From Epiperipatus broadwayi (lineage: Eukaryota; Animalia; Onychophora), in the NCBI GenBank assembly GCA_028023455.1, contig JAQFVV010000005.1:22568001-22632000 (forward strand): a stretch of 64,000 nt of DNA. The letters are read 5' to 3'. Positions 1 to 12,600 of the stretch are shown in pieces. A program made the position numbers and the translations under genes. The notes beneath the pieces were generated by a model, which saw nothing but the letters and a program-made list of their open reading frames with translations, was not told where the DNA came from and did not search any database. The stretch's first letter is position 1, and every line of letters starts with the position of its first letter.

Positions 1-9
1 TGTAAATAA

Positions 10-523
10 AATAGAAAATCATATAACATACAATATTACTAAAACAACAAAATTTTACTAAAAAATTTTCCCAACATAGTTTCATCTATTAACAAATAGA
101 CCTTTTCAAGTGAAATTCAACAAGATACATAACAACATATATATATAACAAAATAGCCTTCCCATCATTCACTTCAAAAACCAACTTCCTTTTCAAAGGA
201 TGTCTTCATGAGATTGCTGGCCTCAGATTCAAAAGATTTTATCATCAGAATTGTTTTTGTTTCACTACTTTCAAAAAAGATAACCTCTAACATTGTCAAA
301 TAATATCTTGTATGAAAGAAATAAACTCTGATGATAAAATTTCTTGAATCTGAGGTCATCAATCTCATGAAGACATCCTTTAATATTAAAGGAAGTTGTT
401 TTTTGAAGTGACTGATGGGATGCTTATTTGTTTTGTATATATATATGTTGTATGTATCTTGTTGAATTTTACTTGAAAAGGCCTATGTATTAATAGATGA
501 AACTGTGGTTGCCAAAGAATCTT
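10..523. mobile_element. PLE-type hairpin insertion (family Q) with variant hammerhead motifs in both arms
   Basis: Arms about 64-250 and 325-520 are inverted. HHR-like on minus 64-117 (aatttcac TTGAAAA g GTCTATT tgtt AATAGAT GAAA C tat GT T) and on plus 465-520. Related copy at 43822-44152. Confidence 0.65.
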
Positions 524-540
524 AATTTGCTATACAGTAG

Positions 541-1500
541 AATGTTTTAATGATAAATATGTACCAGTTGATTGGAAAAATGCAGTAGTAATATTGATAT
601 TTTTAAAAAAATGATAAAAAAGATATGAGAAAGTATAGACCTATCAGTTTTCCATTAATTCTATACAAGATCTTTAACAAAATAATTACACTTGATCATA
701 GTAAACTAACCAACCAAAAGAACAAATTGGATTTAATAGTAGTTTTAGCACAATGAATCATATACAAGTACTGAGAAGTTATATAAAAGACCAATGAATA
801 TGAGTTGCTATTATTCTTTGTATAATTTTTTTTTTCCATATGTCATAGCATTAGCCGGGAGGCGAACCCACAACAACCATCTGCAACCAACTGCTTGCTT
901 GCAAGGCCACTGCGCTGACCTCTCGGCTAACAACACTTGACATTTATTTGTATTTATGAAAAAGCATTTGAGTCTATAAGTATTTCAGCAGTATTACATT
1001 GAGTCTCTTTGCCATGTTCTGAAGGTTTATATTATTCTTGATGTTTGTGGTGTATTGCAATCATTATTTATTTTGCTATTATTGAGTAACTGTGTTTCAT
1101 TCATTGCTGTTTTGTTTTTGCTTTCTTTTTGGCCCATCAAAATATAGACTTAGGATATTACCAATTCTGAAGAATATTTATTAAAATGCAGCCACAGTGA
1201 TTATATTACATGATGATACTTAAGAAAATTAATATTGATATGGGTGTTTACAGGATAATTCCATATATTCATAACCTTTGAAACATTTTTATAGGAAATA
1301 TTTTGTCAAATAAAATGAGAAAATAAAGAAATAAAAATAAATGATCTTATTTAAGTCATATAGAGTCTGCAGATTATGTAAGTATTTTGCAAATAATATG
1401 TCAAGGCTTTAGGAAATGTTGCAAGATTTATTAGATGAAAGTGAGAAAGTAGGATTAAAGATAAATGCTAAAAAGATTAAGTTAATATTTAGATGAAGTT
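541..1500 (+). mobile_element. Degraded RTE-clade LINE reverse transcriptase fragment
   Basis: Broken frames give KYRPISFPLILYKIF, EQIGF, KAF, SADYV and ESEKVGLKINAKK; a SINE is inserted at 826-942. Confidence 0.7.
826..942 (-). mobile_element. tRNA-related SINE, copy 1
   Basis: Minus strand: TAGCCGAGAGG (A-box-like) ... GGTTCGCCTCC (B-box-like), then an A-rich tail; four copies in the window. Confidence 0.7.
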
Positions 1501-1539
1501 TGAAAAAATTAACATGTTTTTATTATATTTATTTTTAAG

Positions 1540-1656
1540 GAACTACAAGTTGTTCTACAGTTGTATGTCCTAAAGGAACATCATGTCAAGTTCAAAATGG
1601 TTTTGCAAGCTGCCTTTGCCCAAATGGCAAAATGCCACAACCTAATGTCGGATGTG
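1540..1656 (+). CDS. EGF-like exon 1 (117 nt)
   Basis: taag|GAACT...ATGTG|gtaagt; GTTSCSTVVCPKGTSCQVQNGFASCLCPNGKMPQPNVGC. Confidence 0.85.
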
Positions 1657-1725
1657 GTAAGTTTTTCATTTTGTACATTTTTAAATATTATTAATAAGTA
1701 TTAATTTCTATGATGTTATATTGTT

Positions 1726-1961
1726 ATCATACCATTTACACCTTTTTAGACACTTTATCAATACTTTTATTTGTATTAAACTAACAGTTTCGACTGTCCT
1801 GCAGTCATCATCAGAGCTCTTGTAAGCTCTGATGATGACTGCAGAACAATCGAAACTGTTAGTTTAATACAAATAAAAGTATTGATAAAGTGTCTAAAAA
1901 GGTGTAAATGGTATGATATATTATAATAGAAATCAATACATAGGAAAAGAAGTAGAAAATT
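1726..1961. mobile_element. PLE-type hairpin insertion (family R) with two hammerhead motifs
   Basis: Near-perfect inverted arms 1726-1817 and 1826-1917, tail of about 44 nt on the right only, 13-bp direct repeat ATGTTATATTGTT at 1713-1725 and 1962-1974. Confidence 0.8.
1778..1819 (-). ncRNA. Minimal type I hammerhead ribozyme motif (family R)
   Basis: GAGCU CUGAUGA U GACUG cagga CAGUC GAAA C u GU U AGUUU. The mirror copy on plus at 1823-1866 has one stem II mismatch. Confidence 0.7.
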
Positions 1962-1984
1962 ATGTTATATTGTTGTAATATGTA

Positions 1985-3330
1985 ATTATAATAAATAAAC
2001 ATTAAAAGCTAAACTAGTCAATAAATAATCAAAATTACCCCAAATTCACAACTCAATCAAACTAGCCAAAAAAATAAACTCTAAAACACTACCAATGGTT
2101 TTCTCTACTACAAGCAGACTTCTCAAGTGTAAAGAACTACAAAATAACATATTTAAACTAAACATTACCCACAATTCCACTTACTTCCCATACACCCTTA
2201 ATATTAAAAGAACTTTTAAATAAGTTAATTGCTTCAGAATCATACATTTTTAATAATAAAGATTCTTTAATTCTTATTATTTTATATCTCTCAAAGAAGA
2301 CAACCTAAGCTTCATCAAAATTAATAGTGTGACTTGTATCTTTTTTGTGGATATACAAAGCAGAACTAAGATATTTATTTCTCACTCTACTTTTATGTAT
2401 CTTTATTCTTTTATTTAAGTTCAAACCAGACCTATATATACCTTCTTACAAAAACAAGAGATAATATACACTACTCCAGGAATAGCCTTTCTATCAAAAA
2501 ATTTCTTTGTATTCAAAGTAACATCCCTTTTCCAAGCAATTTTCTTATTTTCAAACAAATTTTACTATTTTTACATATAATTTTATAAGAAGACAATTTA
2601 AATGGGAAAAAAATAAAATCATATTTTTCTTTATCCTTTACATTATTAAAAATATTGCTATAATAAAATACTTTTAACAAATTTATCAGCGTATCCAACA
2701 CTCAAATAATTTTTATAAAATTGACCTTTTTGAAGCAAAACTACTCCACTAGAATTATTTAATCTCTTATTTCTATAACAGATACAGATTGATAGCTATC
2801 AGGTTTAATTATAAACATTAACTGTTTACTCTTAACATAATGACTATATACAAACAATTAATCCTTATATTTCTAATCACCAGTAGATCTAAAAATTTTA
2901 ATTTAACAAAATCTAACCCCCTCCTTCTATCACGTGTTTTATAGAAGGATCAAAACAATTAAACTCATTTACCAATTCCTTCAATTTATCATTCTCAACT
3001 ACAAACAATCATCCACATATCTAACAAATAATTTTAAATATAAACAGTTCTTTTTAACAATAATTTCTTTTTCCAAATGATTAATATAAACTGAACAAAT
3101 TAAAGGAGAAATAATATAACCTATTATCCACTCTTCCTTAATCTTATAAAAATTACCATTATAAATAAAATACATAGAATCCTCTAATAATAAAAGCAAA
3201 TCTTTAATAACTTTAATTTTATTTTTTGACAAAAATCCATGTTTAACCAACACAGACATAAGAACATCAATACTGCTTAATCTTTAACAGATTGATACAT
3301 ATTCTCACTATCCAAACTACCAAATACCCA
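1985..3330 (-). mobile_element. Degraded Penelope-like retroelement (RT + GIY-YIG), family P
   Basis: ORF 2999-3259 has YFIYNGNFY...IISP...YINHLE...RYVDD; FLDLLVIR thumb; PGVVYIISCFCKKVYIG at about 2430-2480; RIKESLLL C-terminus; 3' UTR HHR-like motif at 2085-2131. Confidence 0.85.
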
Positions 3331-3539
3331 ATTACTTTCCATTTTAAAATTATTAATTAATTATTAATCCAGTCCTTATGATATAAGAATTTGGATTGCC
3401 TATTTTACATTCGCAACGGTTATTATAATTTAAAATGTATACGACATAAAAATGCCCACTGTTTTCAATAAGTTTGCTTCACTTTGGATTACAATTAAAT
3501 TTGATGCATTTTGTAATAAAAAAATTGTGTCTTTATTTT

Positions 3540-4400
3540 TAGGCGGTGCAAATTGAATCCCTTTCATAGTATAAGCTATTTAATGTAGGGCACTAGTCTA
3601 AACATGTTTTTCACTTTTTGAAATATATCTAGAAGAACTTGCAAAGTGATGTCTTTTAATGCCTTCATCGGTTTTTTTCTTCATCATTTTTAAGTACACA
3701 CAAAAAAAATTGGGACATTTTTTTATACAGAACAATATCAAGTAAATATCACTGATGCGTCATACTGAATTTGATTAAAAATCGTTTCATACTCAAGGCT
3801 ATGTATGCTAGTATGCTACCATGATAAAGCATTCACTCCTCACTTTGCCACATGGTTGGAATATTTAAGTTTTACCACATCACACAAAAGTTTCAGAACT
3901 TTTAGGTTCTCAGTGAACAATACCATTTGCATCAAAAAGAAAATCAGCATTGTCTTAACATTGGACTTCACTCGACATGTTTTTTTTGGGATATGGTAAA
4001 TTTGACATTCCCATTAAACCATTCATAAACATGTGTTTTTCTCTAGAGCAACTTCCTGTTTCATATATTACAACTGTTTTCTCTACCATTTTCCTAATAG
4101 AAAACAGAATTTCATATTGTTCCAATTTTTCAATCACTACAAAAATCGACAAATACATGTAATGCACTTTACAAAAGAATGTCCTTTATGGCACATGGTA
4201 ATGTTATTTGGTAGATTGATGCAGAAGGGTCCAACAAGAGGTATCTAGCTGAAGAACCATGTACTAACAACAGGCATGCCTACCAGAGAACAATTACGAT
4301 TATTTTTGGGTCCCCACCTCTTACATATATTATGGAATTTTAGAATGATAAAGCATGTGAATGCATTATAAAGAATAATATAATTAACAATTTATGGCTA
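3540..4400 (-). mobile_element. Degraded mariner transposase remnant
   Basis: Minus-strand fragments KSNVKTMLIFFFDANGIVH and LCDVVKLK...WQ...LYH...LSMKRFL match the mariner DD34D region; many stops. Confidence 0.6.
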
Positions 4401-4530
4401 TAAATTTAATTATAATAAAAATATAAATAAAAAATTAATAATATTATTAAATAACCTAATACCTTATTCAAAAACTATTAATTGTAGATTTTGAACTATA
4501 AACACCAACAATATTTCACTGTTATAATAT

Positions 4531-7500
4531 TGTAACATCCACTATGTTATTTAGAGTTTTAAATGAGTTAACTACTTGTACTCCGTGACCAAATTACGTC
4601 CTATCTATTAAATTTGTTTCATCATACAATTCAGTAAGATTTAATGGATGCAATTATTTTTCCTGGTCACGCAACACTCTTTTAACTAATGTAGCCACTA
4701 AAATAATGGGATAAAGTAAGCCAGCTTTTAATTTATTTGAAAGGTGCCAGAATTCTATATTAGAATCCACTGGCAAACATCCCTTTTTTAATTATTTAGC
4801 TACAACAAAATTATCTAGAAACTCTGGAAAATTGAGTTTCGATACAGCATTGGCAAGGTAAATTAAATTTTCAAATCATAATTAACTTTAATAAATGTAT
4901 TAATAATCATTAATAACGTACAATGAATAGGGGTATTAGAAATAAAGATTTTTATTTTAACAAATTAAAATATAAATAATAATAAAAAAAAAAACATTAT
5001 GATTTAATTAATTGGAAAGATGACACACACACTAATCTAGATATGAATTAATTAATAATAAAAAACAGTTCAATGATTATAGTTCTTAGGTACACAAGAG
5101 TCTCTTGAAGAATAAAATTTGAAGCCTTGATCGGGATTATTTTGTTATCAATTTTTATAATTGTTTGCAAACTTTGTCACAATTAGGAAAAGTTACTCTT
5201 AACTTACCGGTAAGTTGGTGTGTGTTTTTAGGATTCGGAGCTCCTAAAATTTCCATCGGTCTCTCCTGCTGGCGTCTTCCATTATTGTTCCGTTCTATAA
5301 CCGGAGAAAAGGCATGGCTGTCGTGACCCTTTTATGGCAAAAGTGGTCTTCACAGGGCTTGTTTCCATTGCTTGCTTGACGACTGGGTACTGCAAGTGGT
5401 GTACCTGTGCAGATTTATATTCCTGCCACAGGTTATGTTCATGGAGAAAAGGCATGGTTGTCGTGACCCTTTTATTGCAAAAAGCAGTCTTCACAAGGCC
5501 CATCTCCATTGCTTGCTTGATGACTAGGTACTGCAAGTTGCATACCTGTGCAGACATCTATTACTGCCACAGGTTATGCTCGTGGAGACTCCAGCTTTCA
5601 GACACGTAACTAGAAGGTATAGAGAAGACCTAGATCGAGGTTGTCCTCTTTTTATACCCCGATCCAGTTTTGAAACTTCTGCACATATCTTTTGTTCATT
5701 CTTTCATCAGCATATAAGATAATAATCTTCTACACTATCTCTTAAATTTGAGTTACAAAGTTATTATTTTTTTAGCATAATTCTGCCATCTTTAATTATT
5801 AAAAAGATTTTTCTAATTACAATCTTTTTACTTTTGGAATTTTTACTTTTCTACTGGCAATCTTTTTATTTTTGAAATTCTTTTAATTTATCTGGATCAG
5901 TAATTTGCATGTCATTTATTCTTTCCAATTTAACTTTTATTTTTAATTACATAAAAAAAAATACGAATGACAATTTTAACTTTCATTGTACGTTACTTTT
6001 AAAAAATAAATTATACTAATCAGAAAAAATCTAAAAATGTTTTTCTTTTAAAAGATCGCTAAATTTACTTTTTTTTTTAGCTTTTAAATATCTTACCGGA
6101 TGCCAATATATTTGTACCATGTAAATAAACGGTATAATACCACCACCGCGGAAGATGAGAATAAAATGGGTGTTTAAACTAATTTTATTCTTAAATTTTA
6201 AGTCTCTACTCGGTTTTTCTATACATATTTAAAATATATATTTTTAACTGTATAATCTGGTTTGGCTAGCTCGTTTTTTTTTTAAAACTATTTTTAAAAT
6301 TTTATTATTTTACTGCTACCTCAGGATGTAGTTCTCGTCCAAGCCCCATGTTGGGCACCATTGTAATGTCCACTATGTTATTTAGAGTTTTAAATGAGTT
6401 AACTACTCGTACTCAGTGACCAAATTACATCCTATCTATTAAATTTGTTTTGTCATTCAATTCAGTAAGATTTAATGGACGCAATTATTTTTCCTGGTCA
6501 CACAACATTCTTTTAACTAATGTAGCCACTAAAATAATGGGATAAAGTAAGCCAGCTTTTAATTTATTTGAAAGGTACCAGAATTCTATATTAGAATCCA
6601 CTGGCAAACATCCCTTTTTTATATATTTAGCTATGACGAAATTATCTAGAAACTCTGGAGGATTGAGTTTCGGTACAGTGTTGGCAAAGTAAATTATATT
6701 TTCAAATCATAATTAACTTTAATAAATGTATTAATAATCATTAATAACGTACAATGAATAGGGGTATTAGAAATAAAGATTTTTATTTTAACAAATTAAA
6801 ATATAAATAATAAAAAAAAAAAAAACATTATAATTTAATTAATTGAAAAGATGACACACACACTAATCTAGATATGAATTAATTAATAATAAAAAACAGT
6901 TCAATGATTATAGTTCTTAGGTACACAAGAGTCTCTTGAAGAATAAAATTTGAAGTCTTGATCGGGATTATTTTGATATCAATTTTTATAATTGTTTGCA
7001 AACTTTGTCACAATTAGGAAAAGTTACTCTTAACTTACCGGTAAGTTGGTATGTGTTTTTGGGATTCCGAGCTCCTAAAATTTCCATCGGTCTCTCCTGC
7101 CGGCGTCTTCCATTATTGTTCCGTTCTATAACCGGAGAAAAGGCATGACTGTCGTGACCCTTTTATTGCAAAAAGCGGTCTTCATAGGGCCCATTTCCAT
7201 TGCTTGCTTGACAACTGGGTACTGCAAGCGGCATACCTGTGCAGACGTATATTCCTGCCACAGGTTATGCTTGCGGAGCAAAGGCATGGTTGTCGTGACC
7301 CTTTTATTGCAAAAAGCGGTCTTCACAAGCCCGTCTCCATTGCTTGCTTGACAACTAGGTACTGCAAGTTGCATACCTGTGCAGATGTCTATTACTGCCA
7401 CAGGTTATGCTCGCAGAAACCTCCAGCTTTCAGACACATAACTAGAAGGTATAGAGAAGACCTACATCGAGGTTGTCCTCCTTTTATACCCCGATCCAGT

Positions 7501-7970
7501 TTTGAAACTTCTGTGCATATCTTTTGTTCGTTCTTTTATCAGCATGTAAGATAATAATCTTCTACACTATCTCTTAAATTTGAGTTACAAAGTTATTATT
7601 TTTTTTAGCCTGATTCTGCCATCTTTAATTATTAAAAAGATTTTTCTAATTATAATCTTTTTACTTTTGGAATTTTTACTTTTCTACTTGCAATATTTTT
7701 ATTTTTGAAATTCTTTTAATTTATCTGGATCAGTAATTTGCATGTCATTTATTCTTTCCAATTTAACTTTTATTTTTAATTACATAAAAAAAAAATACGA
7801 ACGACAATTTTAACTTTCATTGTACGTTATTTTTAAAAAATAAATTATACTAATCATAAAAAATCTAAAAATGTTTTTCTTTTAAAAGATCGCTAAATTT
7901 ACTTTTTTTTTTAGCTTTTAAATATCTTACCGGATGCCAATATATTTGTACTGTATAAATAAATGGTATA
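4531..7970 (-). mobile_element. Non-autonomous LTR element: two 1.6-kb LTRs around a 225-bp interior
   Basis: Direct repeats 4531-6136 and 6362-7970; PBS TGGTGCCCAACATGGGGC (tRNA-Lys type) at 6343-6360 minus; purine-rich GGTGGTGG next to the other LTR; ATAT on both outer flanks; each LTR has 2 x about 140-bp internal repeats (5303-5583, 7134-7414). Confidence 0.85.
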
Positions 7971-8180
7971 ATATTTTATTAGAATTTTTGTGTTTTTAAT
8001 TTCAATAAGATTACATAAAATATCTACATAATCCAATTTTTTTTCCATTGAAATACAATGACTTGTAATTTTTCATTTGTATATATTTGTATTTGAATCT
8101 ATGAAATATATAAGTGTAATTTTGACTTTCAAAAATTATAATTATTCTTGATTATTTGCAACGTATACTTTTTCTTGCAG

Positions 8181-8297
8181 GTGAAAGTCCTTGTCAGAAA
8201 AAACAATGTGGTAAAAATGCCATCTGTGGTGTCTATAATGGAGTAGCTGAATGTGTTTGCCTCAGAGGATTTATTGGTCATCCAGATGAAGAATGTC
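8181..8297 (+). CDS. EGF-like exon 2 (117 nt)
   Basis: ttgcag|GTGAA...ATGTC|gtaagt; GESPCQKKQCGKNAICGVYNGVAECVCLRGFIGHPDEEC. Confidence 0.9.
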
Positions 8298-8819
8298 GTA
8301 AGTGATCAACATTTTTATTTTTTTAAACAACATTGATCTTGAAGTATAATATAGTGAACCACTTATTTTATTTATTAAGAATGAAAACATTTAAACCTCT
8401 TTATTAGTTCATTGTGAAATCAAGATATTTATATATATATAATAGCACACTTTGGAAAATATGACAGTGCAAGGCTCATAGGATCAATCTTTAAAAACTC
8501 CTTTATCAGTTGTACTAAATCATAAATATTGCTAACCATAAATCATATATACTGAATTTTATATGTATATATAGTATACTAAGCAGATGTTACCTTTCTT
8601 TATTTCAAAATGTGAAATATTAAATCTGTAATTATTAAATGTGGTGCTCTTTATAATCAATAAGCATACAAATAATTGTGTTGGGTAAGAATTATAATCA
8701 ATTTCATTTATTTATAATCCTTACCATAAATATATACACATTTGTAAAGAAGATATATATTTTTATAAGATTCACAGTTATTAATGTTTTGCATTTTATG
8801 TAGGTAATAAGCACATGCA

Positions 8820-9540
8820 TAGATATAATTGAACAGTAGCAAATTTCTCTACAAAATACTGCCATCTAGTGCCAGCTATAGTAGTCAATAGATGCTAGAA
8901 GGTTGTGATGTATTTTAATCCTTATCCAGTGGCTTCTCATCCAATATCCTCAGACTAGTTTTTAACTTATGGCTTTCATTGGTGCATGTAACTGGTAGAA
9001 TTCTATTGTTAAATAATATCAGTTTTCATTGGCTGATTAGCATACTGATATATATAGGAAATTTAAGTTGTTTGGTGAAAATATTTAACCACAAATCCTT
9101 ACAGAATCCTCAATCACTACTAGAATTTTCTATCTCTGCTTGTAACTATAAAATTCTACTGTTCAGTAATATAGGTTTTTTACTGGATGTTTAGTATTCT
9201 GATATATATAGGAAATTTAAATTGACTGGTGAAAATATTTAACCACAAATCCTACAGAATACTCAATTACTACCAGTATTTTTAAATATCTCTCCTAGAT
9301 TTTGGAGAACTTGAGAGATCTGAGAATATTGCACCTGGATCTTTGGATCCAATGCAGTCCTCCAGCACCCACCCACCTTTTCTCTTTTTGGTTAACTATA
9401 AAGTTATCCACCCAAAATAAAAACACAATAATGTTTTCAATCCAAGCTAATTTTCTCATGTAATCATACAGATTTGAATCCAGTTCAGAATTTATATTTT
9501 GGTGTCTTTGGGTTTTTAATGATTATCATCATCACTATCT
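8820..9540 (-). mobile_element. Old copy of hammerhead element family H with an internal duplicated insert
   Basis: Diverged match to 38321-38715; core degraded (CCAAUGA, AAAA). Confidence 0.55.
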
Positions 9541-9616
9541 TTTTATTAGAATTGGGATTATACCACTAAAACATGGTTTAACGAATATAATTGATTATAT
9601 TTATTTCTTATTGCTA

Positions 9617-12600
9617 TGTCTGAGGGTTTCTCCTTTTCCGAAACCAGTCAGATAGTGAAAAATAAAACTAGCATACAATTATGTCATTTTATATATAATT
9701 ATTTATTATAACAAATTAAACAATAATGACAATAGAGTGTTAATATAAGTACATATATTATAGTTAATGATAATAAAAGTAAATTTTATGTTGTTTTATA
9801 GAGTTCAATTAATTTCTTATTATTACACTCGAGTTTCGCTAATTTACACAATTCAATTCGTCTATTTACATTATAGTGACCTTAGAAATAGTTTATCCAT
9901 TTACGGCTCCATTAACAGATGCTTAATCTGTCTGCCATTCTACTATTGTGTTTTGCACTAGACTGTGCTGGACTGCGCAGAAGAAAAACGTCTAGGCTTT
10001 TATAACAGTCATTTACCATGTACAATTACAAGTACGTAAAGTTTGTAGCAGTGCTCTCTTTAATTTATTTTCTAGAGTAAATAATAACACGTGCATTAAA
10101 GGGAGGAAGAAAAAAAAATCTCTTTAAGTTCATTGTCTCCCAATGCACAAACACTCCAATCCTCCCACTCTAGAAATAAATGATTTAGTCAACAAACATA
10201 ATCTTTAAACTTAATCAGCACTCTTCATATTCTAGGAACTTTAGGGATTTTGTCCCTATCTTCAACTGTTGTATGAGTCAGGTTCTGGTTGTTTTTCACA
10301 CACAACTTCTTTTTATATGTCTCTAAATCGAGATCACTACTAGGATCAGTTTCATCCACATGCTTTTTATTTATCTTATCTTCAGGCAATGTATTTAGGT
10401 AAACATCTGGTATAGGGGTCTCATAGTGATAGCGAAGGTGATTAACATATTTTCTGAATTTCTTGCCATTTTTTATTTTTACAAGACATATTTGCCTTTA
10501 CAATATTTGTGTTATAATGCCAGGGATCCATTTATGTTTTAGCAAGTCCTGTATTCACATTTTTTCACCCGGTAAAAATTTTGTAGCTTGGGGAAATTTA
10601 CTACTCTTAGCCCTAATGGGTAACAGCTGATACAAATGGGTGCGGAAAGAGCGAACATTAATAACTCTGTTGTAGTCTTCCCAGTTGCCATATTAGGTGT
10701 AAAATGTTGCACATGCATGGCTTGCACTAAGGCTTCAGGCAGGTTTTTTAAATTTAATTTTTTAAAAGTATACTTCTAGATGTTGTACCACTTGCTCTGT
10801 GATGCTATTACTTTCAGGATGATATGGAGGTGTAAGTATATGTTTTATTTCTCTGTTTCCCAAGAAATCTATAAAATTTTTACACATAAAGCCAGGTCCA
10901 TTATCGATTACAATTAATTCAGGGTAGCCATGTGTAACAAATAACTCATTTAAAATACTAATAGTACATTCAGCGCTGGTTTTCTTGACCAATCTATACT
11001 CAGTCCAATGTGAATAAGCATTTACCAAAAGAAGTATTAAATGTTCATTCAATGGACGAATGTGGTCTAAATGAATGTGTGTCCAAGAAAAAAGTAATTT
11101 TTCCCATGATTCCAATTGTTTGGATGGCAGTTTGGTGTTTGTTGACAATTTGAACATCTTTTAACTAAGTTCTCGATATCATTAGTCAAATTGGGCCACC
11201 GCATGTATGATTTAGCAAGCACCTTCATTCTCATGATTTATCAATTCCCATGATGTAATAGATTTAACATGTGAGTTCTACCTTCAGTAGGAACAAGTAT
11301 GCAATCATTGTTCAAAATACAACATTACAGGCAGAGAGTCCATCTCTTGCAGTCCAAATCACTTTATTTGCAACTGCAGGACATTTCATTGGCCAATCAT
11401 ATTTTATCCACTGCATTAATTGAACATAACCTTTATCACTCTTCATCCAATCACACGGTTTACTTTTTTGGAATTCATTATGTCAATATAATTTATCTCT
11501 TTAATTACAAATATCTTTTCCTTATTATCCGATAATCTGGAAGGGCATCAAATGTCCAATCTTTTTTCCTGGTTTATAGATCAATTGAAAATTGTAATAA
11601 GATAATATATTTACCCATCGTAGCATATGTTGGCTTAAATAATTGGGGATATTTTTTTCATAACTGAAAATTCTCATTAGGAGGCGATGATCAGTGTAAA
11701 CGATAAAACTCCACCCATTATACGTATTGGTGGAACTTCTTAACTGCAAAACCCACTGCCAACACTTTCTTATCCATTTGGCTATAATTTCTTTCAGTAG
11801 ACGTCAGTACTCTAGAGGCATAAGCAATTGGATGTTCACCTTCATAGCATGGGTGTGAAATCACAGCTCCACTGCCGTATTCGGATGTGTCAGTTGTAAT
11901 ACTAACAGCTAAATCACTATGGTAATGTACTAATAGTGCCTCTGAAGTTAATAAATCTTTTGCAGTGTTAAATGCCTTGTCTTGTTCATTATTCCAAGCC
12001 CAACATTGTTTTTTTTAAGTAATTGATACAACAGAGATAATAAATGCAATTTTCCTTTCAGACAGCTTTAATAAAATTGAGAAGTCTTAGAAATGCTTGC
12101 AGTTCTTTTATATTCTTAGGTTTCTCCGTATTCTTTATAGTTTTATTTAGTTTGAATCTGGATGTTGGCCATTAACCTTTATAATGTGTTTAAGAAACTT
12201 AATATCTCTCATGGACCAAATACATTTATTCCCATTTAATTTGGCCTTTGCTAGTGCAAGTTTTGAACAAACTAGTTTCTGTCATGCCGATGATCAAAAT
12301 GTCATCCAGATATGGGATTACACCATAGATTTAAGTAACATATCCATTTTCACCTGGAAGACATTTGGTACAATCAATTAGGTGTAGTTAAAATAAGTAA
12401 CTCCACTGTATTTTCAGTTACAGGGATTTGCACTTCTTGTATGCTCGTTACAGGGATTTGCACTTCTTGTATGCTCGGAACCGGATAAGATCCCTTGTTT
12501 ATATATTTGTTAATAGTGATCCTATAATTGCCGCATAAACAAATACTCCTGTCTGATTTTATTATAGTCACTACAGGTGTCACCCAAGATGAATCTTCAA

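Noticed and set aside
3805-4248. Plus-strand ORFs with a faint JmjC-like look (HGWNI, FFGIW)
   Set aside because: Spacing does not fit; the minus strand matches mariner transposase motifs much better.
5282-7554. Cys-rich repetitive ORFs in the 1.6-kb LTRs
   Set aside because: They arise from the 140/141-bp internal repeats; the frames differ between the two LTRs and show no domain signature.
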